DNA from: Candidatus Gottesmanbacteria bacterium
Lineage (GTDB): Bacteria; Patescibacteriota; Microgenomatia; UBA10105; UBA927
Direction of reading: 5' to 3'
Assembly: GCA_903821745.1 (NCBI GenBank)
Contig: CAIJMI010000005.1
Coordinates: forward strand, 1-55,050
Length of the DNA stretch: 55,050 bases
Shown: one piece after another, positions 18,382-25,461 of the stretch
How positions within the stretch are numbered: the stretch's first letter is position 1
Layout: each line of letters begins with the position of its first letter
The notes under the pieces: generated by a model
Databases searched by the model: none
Seen by the model: only the letters and a program-made list of their open reading frames with translations
Told to the model about the DNA's origin: nothing
Made by a program: the position numbers and the translations under genes

Positions 18382-19465
18382 ATCAGAATCGGGACGACCA
18401 GATTGGCTGCTTATTGGAATTGTGCTGTTGCTTTGCGGGTTTGGTCTTCTTATGGTATATGATTCTTCCGTTGCAATTGCTATCCGTGATTTTGGCAATC
18501 AGTATTACTATCTTACCGAACAGTTAAAATGGTTTGCGGTTGGCTTGATTGTATTTTTTATTTTTTCAATTATCGATTACCGAATATATAAAAAATTAGC
18601 ACTCCCGATGCTCCTCGGCACGGTATTTCTCCTTCTTGTTGTTTTTATTCCAGGAGTGGGAATTAAAGCTTTAGGAGCAAAACGGTGGATTAATTTAGGA
18701 TTTACCGTCCTGCAGCCTGCAGAGCTTGCAAAACTTTCTCTTGTGATTTATTTATCTGCCTGGTTTTCAACAAAGGAGAAAGATCGGTTAATTTCTTTTC
18801 TGATACTCATTGGAATGATTGCAGGACTGATCATTTTAGAACCAGATTTAGGTACAACACTTGTTATTGCAGCAACTGCAATAACAATGTATTTTTTTTC
18901 GGGCGCACCGCTTACGCAGTTTGCAGTCATGATTCCTGTGACTATTCTTGGTGTGTTGGGGATTGCTGTCGCTTCTCCGTATCGATTTGCACGGCTTACG
19001 ACGTTTTTTAATCCTGAAAAAGATCCCCTTGGCGCATCCTATCATATACACCAAGCAACGATCGCACTTGGATCCGGTGGATTATTCGGCGTTGGTATAG
19101 GAAGCTCCAGACAAAAATATGAATATTTACCCGAAGCAAACACGGATTCAATTTTTGCAATCATTGGGGAGGAAATCGGGTTTATTGGTGCAGTGTTGCT
19201 CATTAGCGCATTTTTACTTGTTATATGGCGTGGTTTTCGGATTGCCAGACGTACAGAAGATCCGTTTGGTAAACTGTTGAGTCTTGGGATTACCTCATGG
19301 ATTGCGTATCAGGTTATCATGAATATTGCTGCAATGGTCGCACTCATCCCATTAACCGGAGTGCCGATGCCATTGTTATCCTATGGTGGTTCTAGCTTAA
19401 TTGTTGTTCTTGCTGGACTTGGTATACTGATTAATATAAGTAAATCTGTAAGTCATGGAAAATAA
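18359..19465 (+). CDS. ftsW: SEDS-family peptidoglycan glycosyltransferase FtsW
   Basis: SEDS motifs QPAELAKL, EPDLGTT, LPEANTDSIFAIIGEE and PLLSYGGSS; located between murD and murG. ATG 18359 chosen (23-nt overlap with murD). Confidence 0.85.
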   Translation: MKFLHLHKSESGRPDWLLIGIVLLLCGFGLLMVYDSSVAIAIRDFGNQYYYLTEQLKWFAVGLIVFFIFSIIDYRIYKKLALPMLLGTVFLLLVVFIPGVGIKALGAKRWINLGFTVLQPAELAKLSLVIYLSAWFSTKEKDRLISFLILIGMIAGLIILEPDLGTTLVIAATAITMYFFSGAPLTQFAVMIPVTILGVLGIAVASPYRFARLTTFFNPEKDPLGASYHIHQATIALGSGGLFGVGIGSSRQKYEYLPEANTDSIFAIIGEEIGFIGAVLLISAFLLVIWRGFRIARRTEDPFGKLLSLGITSWIAYQVIMNIAAMVALIPLTGVPMPLLSYGGSSLIVVLAGLGILINISKSVSHGK

Positions 19466-20567
19466 TTCATCAAAGAAAACTATTTGTATTACCGGTGGAC
19501 ATGTGACGCCAGCGTTGGCTGTCATTGAAGAGATACAGGGTCAAAAAAAACCATGGAATATTTTTTTCGTCGGGAGGCAATATACATCTCAAGGTACGAA
19601 TGATGAATCGGAAGAGAAAAAGAGTATTGAGCGGATGCACATTCCATTTTTTCCCATTCACGCAGGAAGAATGCAACGATATTTTTCGCTGTCTGCTTTA
19701 CGGGAATTGTTTTTTGTGCCCATTGGTTTGATAGAAGCCTGTGTATTTTTTTTACGTCATAAACCGGATGTGATTCTTTCATTCGGCGGATATGTGAGTC
19801 TTCCTGTCGTTCTTGCTGGTTGGTTATTTGGTATTCCGGTTGTTATTCATGAACAAACACATGTCTTAGGGCTTGCAAATAAAATAGCGGCACGGGTAGC
19901 AAATAAAGTACTAGTGACATTTGACGATACGAAAGGTACGAAACAACTACCTAACACGGTCGTTACAGGACTACCGATACGAAAATCATTTTTTCATGTA
20001 GTCACGAAACCCACATTTTCTGTGTCTTCGGATAAGCCGATTTTGTATATTACCGGCGGAGCAACCGGATCAGTCTCATTGAATGATTTATTATTTCCAT
20101 CAATAGTTCGTTTAGTATCATCATTTACAGTTATTCATCAAACTGGACAACCTTCCTTTGAAAAAGCGCTTCAGATAAAGAAGCAATTAATCAAAGATGA
20201 ACAGGAACGGTATTTTCCATACCCCTATTTTGCATCAGAAGATGTTGCATGGTTGATGAAACATATGGTTTTGCTTGTCGGTCGCTCAGGAGCAAATACA
20301 ACGGTTGAAGTTTCACTATTTGAAAAACCTGCAATTTTTATCCCGCTGCCATGGGCGGCAAATAATGAACAAATGCTCAATGCAATTTGGTACCAGCATC
20401 TTGGTCATGGAATTACTGTTGAGCAGAAGAAAGCGACACCAGAACAACTGTTGGAGTTGATTCTCAATTTTGCAAATAAGAGAGTAAAAGAACAGGGTGA
20501 AAAGAAAAAGATTCCTGTCACACATGCAGCCACTGCCGTTGTTCGGGAACTTGCCTCAGTTTTATGA
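19455..20567 (+). CDS. murG: undecaprenyldiphospho-muramoylpentapeptide beta-N-acetylglucosaminyltransferase
   Basis: GT28 layout: N-terminal ITGGHVTPALAV, HEQT, and C-terminal GRSGANTTVE...IPLP. Confidence 0.85.
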   Translation: MENNSSKKTICITGGHVTPALAVIEEIQGQKKPWNIFFVGRQYTSQGTNDESEEKKSIERMHIPFFPIHAGRMQRYFSLSALRELFFVPIGLIEACVFFLRHKPDVILSFGGYVSLPVVLAGWLFGIPVVIHEQTHVLGLANKIAARVANKVLVTFDDTKGTKQLPNTVVTGLPIRKSFFHVVTKPTFSVSSDKPILYITGGATGSVSLNDLLFPSIVRLVSSFTVIHQTGQPSFEKALQIKKQLIKDEQERYFPYPYFASEDVAWLMKHMVLLVGRSGANTTVEVSLFEKPAIFIPLPWAANNEQMLNAIWYQHLGHGITVEQKKATPEQLLELILNFANKRVKEQGEKKKIPVTHAATAVVRELASVL

Positions 20568-21232
20568 GAAAAATAATTCTTGGATTCGTCGGCTTACTTT
20601 GTCTTGTAGGGCCAATTTTTATTGTTCGATTTATTCTAAAATCTTTTACGATCAAAGATATCGTAGTTTCAGGAGATGCCGCAATTGTTCAAGTAAATGA
20701 AAAACAGTTTGTAGGAAACACATTACTGTTTCCTGCATTGAGTGTCATTAAACAAATTCAAGACGATAATCCACTTGTTAAATCGATAGACATAAAAAAA
20801 CATTTTCCTTCAACACTCGAGCTTATCGTTCATAAACGGCAGCCAATTGCGCAGTTAAAAACTCCAACTGCGATTGTTGGAATTGATGAAGACGCAGTTG
20901 TGACTGATGTTGTTGGAAATATAGATGCACCGGTTATTGAAATTGATGTCCCGTTAGTTCGGATGGGCCAAACAATACGAGATGAATCAGTGAAACAGTC
21001 AGTGAAGGTCGTGGCTGGAACAGTAACATTTTTGAACGTTTTACAAATAACAAAGAATGATTCCTTGTCTATACGTGTAATAACAAAACAATCAAGTATA
21101 TTTATTCCTCAAAATAAGGATATCCGCCCAATACTGGATACTTTACAAACGTTGATGTCGGGGTTTAGAATAAAAGGACTTATACCGAAAACGATTGATC
21201 TTCGGTTTGATAAACCAGTCGTTCAATTTTAA
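20564..21232 (+). CDS. ftsQ: FtsQ/DivIB-like cell-division protein
   Basis: N-terminal TM, a POTRA-like start (IKDIVVSGDA...), about 220 aa, in the canonical slot before ftsA. Confidence 0.65.
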   Translation: MRKIILGFVGLLCLVGPIFIVRFILKSFTIKDIVVSGDAAIVQVNEKQFVGNTLLFPALSVIKQIQDDNPLVKSIDIKKHFPSTLELIVHKRQPIAQLKTPTAIVGIDEDAVVTDVVGNIDAPVIEIDVPLVRMGQTIRDESVKQSVKVVAGTVTFLNVLQITKNDSLSIRVITKQSSIFIPQNKDIRPILDTLQTLMSGFRIKGLIPKTIDLRFDKPVVQF

Positions 21233-21233
21233 T

Positions 21234-22538
21234 ATGGCACGTGACAGGATACTAACAGGAATTGACATTGGAACTTCCAAGATAACTACTGTTATTGCCA
21301 GTGTTTCAGATGAACAGGAACTTCGTGTTGTTGGTGTTTCTACAGTACCAAGTCGTGGACTTCGAAAAGGACAGATTGTCAATATTGAGGAAGCAACGTC
21401 TGCAATATCAGAAAGCCTTGATGCAGCTGAACGAATGGCGGGTGCATCTGTTGCAAGTGCATTTATTTTGACGGGGGGCAATCATATTGCATCCTTAAAT
21501 TCTCACGGCGTTGTTGCCGTTGCAGAGCCGGATAAAGAAATATCAGAAAATGATGTGACAAGGGTAATAGATGCAGCAAAAGCAATTTCTCTTCCCTCGT
21601 CACGGGAAATTTTACATATCATTCCTCGAGGATATCTTGTGGATGGGCAGGAGGGAATTGTTGATCCAATTAATATGACTGGTGTTCGACTGGAAGTGGA
21701 CACACATCTTATTACCGGAGGATCAATCGCAATTCGAAACTTATATAAATGTGTTGAAGATTTGGGGGTCGAGGTCGAAGGAATTGTTTTTGGAGGTCTT
21801 GCGGCTGCATCATCAACACTCACCGATACTGAAAAAGAATTAGGTGTAGTGCTTGTTGATATTGGTGGAGGAACAACGGATGTAGCTTTATATGTTGATG
21901 GTGCACTTTCATATTCATCAGTGATTCCCGTTGGTGCCATAAACATTACAAAAGATTTAGCAGCAGGGCTTCGTATTTCCTTGGAAAGTGCAGAAAAAAT
22001 TAAACTTGCACTTGGTACACAACCAAAAATACCAGTTCTTCCAGAGGAAAACGATGATAATAGAGGAAAACCAAAAGTAGATAAATCAGATGAAATGGAT
22101 GTAACAGACCTTCATCTGTTGGAGGAAATGAAAACGGTATCACGAAAAACACTAGTTGAAGGAATTGTAAAACCAAGATTAAATGAAATATTTTCACTGG
22201 TGGGGCTGGAAATAAAAAAAAGTGGTTTTGGCGGTATGACACCATCAGGAGTAGTCCTTACTGGTGGTGGCGCACAAACGGTTGGTGCAGTTGAAGCAGC
22301 CAGACGAAATTTAGCAATGCCGGTACATATTGGCACACCAAAAAATATTTCAGGACTGATTGAAGAAATTATGTCACCTGCATACGCAGCAAGTGTGGGA
22401 TTATTGCTTTATGGATTAAAGGCAGAAAAACGAGATACAGGATCATTATTTAAGAGTATTGGAAGAATGGGAGATAAGAATCCCATGAAAGGTATTGCAG
22501 GAAAGATGATAAATCTGATAAAGTCATTCTTGCCCTAG
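21234..22538 (+). CDS. ftsA: cell-division protein FtsA
   Basis: Actin-like ATPase motifs GIDIGTSKI, DIGGGTTD and LTGGGAQ. ATG 21234 follows the ftsQ stop by 1 nt. Confidence 0.9.
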   Translation: MARDRILTGIDIGTSKITTVIASVSDEQELRVVGVSTVPSRGLRKGQIVNIEEATSAISESLDAAERMAGASVASAFILTGGNHIASLNSHGVVAVAEPDKEISENDVTRVIDAAKAISLPSSREILHIIPRGYLVDGQEGIVDPINMTGVRLEVDTHLITGGSIAIRNLYKCVEDLGVEVEGIVFGGLAAASSTLTDTEKELGVVLVDIGGGTTDVALYVDGALSYSSVIPVGAINITKDLAAGLRISLESAEKIKLALGTQPKIPVLPEENDDNRGKPKVDKSDEMDVTDLHLLEEMKTVSRKTLVEGIVKPRLNEIFSLVGLEIKKSGFGGMTPSGVVLTGGGAQTVGAVEAARRNLAMPVHIGTPKNISGLIEEIMSPAYAASVGLLLYGLKAEKRDTGSLFKSIGRMGDKNPMKGIAGKMINLIKSFLP

Positions 22539-22588
22539 AAAAATATCTCCTTTAGGTCTCTGCCCCCTGACGGAATAATACTAAACGT

Positions 22589-23737
22589 ATGTTAATTAAA
22601 CCGGAGATTGCGAGATTTGCAAAAATTAAGGTTGTTGGTATCGGTGGGGGAGGAAGTAATGCAGTAAACTCCATGATTGCTGCGGGACTCATTAAAGGTG
22701 TTGATTTTATTTCTGTCAACACAGATGCACAAGCACTTCTAACAAACTTAGCACAAACAAAAATCCAAATTGGGGAAAATGTTACGCGTGGACTGGGTGC
22801 AGGAGGAAATCCAGAAGTCGGAAGACAGGCAGCGGAGGAGTCACGCGAAAAAATTAAAGAATATCTTCGAGATTGCGATATGGTGTTTATTACCTGTGGC
22901 GAAGGTGGAGGAACAGGTACAGGCGCAGCCCCACTTTTTGCAGAAATTGCAAAAGAACAGGGAGCATTAACAGTTGCTGTTGTGACAAAACCTTTTCGAT
23001 TTGAAGGAACCAGACGAATGGTAGCAGCAGAAGAAGGAATAATGAATCTAAAAGATAAAGTGGATACCCTTATTGTTATTCCAAATCAACGGCTGCTTGA
23101 GGTTATTGATAAAAAATTGACGCTGCTTGAAGCGTTCCGCGTTGCAGATTCTGTATTAAGTCAGGGTGTTCAGGGAATTTCTGATCTTATTACGATGCCA
23201 GGACTTATCAACGTTGATTTTGCAGACGTCCGGTCAATTATGACGAACGCTGGATCAGCACTTATGGGGATCGGAACCGGCGTTGGAGAAAATCGTGCAG
23301 CAACTGCTGCAAGAACCGCAATCGCATCTCCATTGCTTGAGATGTCGATTGAAGGAGCAAAAGGCGTTCTTTTCAATATTATGGGAGGCAATGACCTCAC
23401 GATGGCTGAGGTTGATGAAGCAGCAAAACAGATTGCTGGAGCAGTCGATCCAGACGCAAATATTATTTTTGGCGCAACGATTGATGAAAACCTTGTAGAT
23501 CAGGTAAAAATTTCTGTTATAGCAACAGGGTTTGATGAAACAAAAAAAAGATTACGAGAAATGACAGCATCACGAGGGACAACGCAAACCGGATTTGGGC
23601 AATCATATTCACCACGTCCTGTTCCTCAGCAGGAAGTTCGTCAACAACCAATACAACCAGTGTTTACACCGCCAGCTGATGTGCCACCGGAAGATGATGA
23701 ATTTGAGATCCCCGCTTTTTTGAGACAAAGAAACTAA
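22589..23737 (+). CDS. ftsZ: cell-division GTPase FtsZ
   Basis: [10 protein letters not shown], tubulin signature [10 protein letters not shown], and a C-terminal FtsA-binding peptide (EIPAFLRQ). Confidence 0.95.
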   Translation: MLIKPEIARFAKIKVVGIGGGGSNAVNSMIAAGLIKGVDFISVNTDAQALLTNLAQTKIQIGENVTRGLGAGGNPEVGRQAAEESREKIKEYLRDCDMVFITCGEGGGTGTGAAPLFAEIAKEQGALTVAVVTKPFRFEGTRRMVAAEEGIMNLKDKVDTLIVIPNQRLLEVIDKKLTLLEAFRVADSVLSQGVQGISDLITMPGLINVDFADVRSIMTNAGSALMGIGTGVGENRAATAARTAIASPLLEMSIEGAKGVLFNIMGGNDLTMAEVDEAAKQIAGAVDPDANIIFGATIDENLVDQVKISVIATGFDETKKRLREMTASRGTTQTGFGQSYSPRPVPQQEVRQQPIQPVFTPPADVPPEDDEFEIPAFLRQRN

Positions 23738-23799
23738 AATAAACGCTTCCTAAGTTTACAAATACTGCTGGTTCTGTATCATATGTTTATCAAAATATT

Positions 23800-25260
23800 A
23801 TGATACGATATGAATATATGAAGCGCATTCAAAACTATTTCGTAAAGCATTCATTTTTATTAATGGTTTTGTATTCTATAGTACTTTCTGTTTTATATAG
23901 TATTCTATCAATTCTGCGTCATAATCATTTTCAGTCTGGTGCGTTTGATTTAGGATTATATGATCAGGCGATATGGAAATTTGGTCATTTTTTGGGGGCA
24001 TATAATACAGTAAAAGATAGAATTATTTTTGGCGATCATTTTGTTCTAACGCTTCCTATTTTTGGAATTCTTTTTTATCTTTGGGACAACGTTCGGATGC
24101 TTCTGATTGTTCAGGCAACTGTTATAGCCACATCAGCTATACCGATATTTTTAATTGCACGAAAACGATTATCATCTGAATTTGCAGCCATTTGTGTAGC
24201 GATTACGTACAGCTTATTTTACGGTATCCAATATGGCGTATATTTTGATTTTCATCCGATTATTATTGGTGTTGCTATTATTTCGTGGCTTGCGTATTTT
24301 TGGGAATACGATAAAAAAGTTTTATTTTGGATTACATTTATCATTGGACTTTTAACACAGGAGAATATGGGCATCGCAATTGCTGGTCTTGCAGCTATAT
24401 ATTTTTTCAGAAAAAAATATTGGAAGCAGGCAATTCTTGTTGGAATTTTCGGTATTTCGTATAGCTTGCTTTCCATGAAAGTTGCGGCACTATTTTCTCC
24501 GGTCGGGTATCAATATTGGCCACAACTACCAGCGACACTTCACGATGCATTTGTTCGTCTTTTTGACAGTGAAGAAAAACGGCAAGTATGGTTGTATAGT
24601 TATTCGACATTTTCTTTTTTGCCACTTTTATCACCTGGAAGTTTACTTGCTGTGCTTGTAGATCTTTCTCAATATTTTGTTACAGGACCCGAATTTGCAA
24701 GAATGTGGAGTCCGTTTATGCATCATCGTGCAATACTTGCTCCGTTTCTTGTTTTGGGAACACTGGACGTTCTCGTTGTTGTGAAAAGAATAAAAATTCG
24801 GGTTGCCTATGTTGCAGCCCTGCTTCTCGGTGTTTCGTTGGTTCTACAATATGTATTTCATTTCCCATTAAATAAGCTAATAAAGGTAGAATATTGGCAA
24901 AAAGAATCATGGATGCAGGATACTAGAAAACTTATTACAAACGTTCCTTCAGGTGTTTCTCTGGCTGCACAACAAAACTTAGTTCCTCATTTGACACATC
25001 GAAATTCCATTTATCTGGTATGGCCTAGGGAGCATGATATTGACTCCATGCCGTGTGGACAGAAACTGTGCTGGTGGTTGGATTTTGGGACACAGGCCGA
25101 TTATTTGGTTGTGGACACCCGTCCTGATCAATGGCTTACGCAAATTCTTGAATCAAACGAACATTGGAATAGTGCAATTGCCAACATGGAAAAGGCAGGA
25201 AAGATACAGTTGGTCAATCAGGTGGGTGGAACAAAACTCTATAAAATTGTTAAAGAATGA
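23800..25260 (+). CDS. DUF2079-family polytopic membrane protein
   Basis: More than 10 TM helices and the N-terminal motif HNHFQSGAFDLGLYDQAIWKF characteristic of DUF2079. The start could be ATG 23818. Confidence 0.7.
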   Translation: MIRYEYMKRIQNYFVKHSFLLMVLYSIVLSVLYSILSILRHNHFQSGAFDLGLYDQAIWKFGHFLGAYNTVKDRIIFGDHFVLTLPIFGILFYLWDNVRMLLIVQATVIATSAIPIFLIARKRLSSEFAAICVAITYSLFYGIQYGVYFDFHPIIIGVAIISWLAYFWEYDKKVLFWITFIIGLLTQENMGIAIAGLAAIYFFRKKYWKQAILVGIFGISYSLLSMKVAALFSPVGYQYWPQLPATLHDAFVRLFDSEEKRQVWLYSYSTFSFLPLLSPGSLLAVLVDLSQYFVTGPEFARMWSPFMHHRAILAPFLVLGTLDVLVVVKRIKIRVAYVAALLLGVSLVLQYVFHFPLNKLIKVEYWQKESWMQDTRKLITNVPSGVSLAAQQNLVPHLTHRNSIYLVWPREHDIDSMPCGQKLCWWLDFGTQADYLVVDTRPDQWLTQILESNEHWNSAIANMEKAGKIQLVNQVGGTKLYKIVKE

Positions 25261-25283
25261 AAAAAGTATGATATACTTTAGGG

Positions 25284-25461
25284 AAGAAGCGTTACGATCT
25301 GCTATCAACAGAGAATCGTTTGGATGAAGAACATCTTTTGTAAAAAGATGCGTAGAACATCCCGGGTAAGCCCGATACAGCAGTCATTAAGAAGTAATGA
25401 AGGTGGTACCACGAACAACCGTTCGTCCTTTATGTATATAATAAAGGAGGGCGGTTTTTCT
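25284..25461 (+). promoter_or_regulatory. T-box riboswitch leader (Ile specifier) controlling ileS
   Basis: T-box core AGG-UGGUACC-ACGAAC-AACC-GUUCGU-CCU (25401-25429). Stem I hairpin 25294-25319 with loop CUAUCAA (AUC-A). Stem II 25322-25362, Stem IIA 25363-25374, Stem III 25384-25400. An alternative helix UCCUUUAU (25426-25433) / AUAAAGGA (25441-25448) occludes the SD. An extended -10 candidate TGaTATACT is at 25269-25277. Confidence 0.7.

Noticed and set aside
21503-21946. 147-aa minus-strand ORF inside ftsA. Similar internal ORFs: 6717-7172 in murC, 50394-50882 across gatA/gatB, 42050-42478 opposite the Ig-like gene, 52698-53048 in dnaE, and 28448-28837 as an alternative frame in rodA
   Set aside because: All lie entirely within well-supported genes, have low-complexity or odd composition, and lack recognisable motifs or SD sites. 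They are typical shadow ORFs.
25324-25461. 46-codon N-terminal extension of the ileS ORF in the track
   Set aside because: The region contains the T-box core and folds into the riboswitch. A strong AAGGAGG precedes the internal ATG 25462, where IleRS homology begins.
25426-25461. Reading the T-box 3' helix as a transcription terminator
   Set aside because: The helix (UCCUUUAU/AUAAAGGA) is AU-rich. The U-run (GGUUUUUC) starts 6 nt after it, and the helix contains the SD itself. Translational sequestration fits better, though termination is not excluded.
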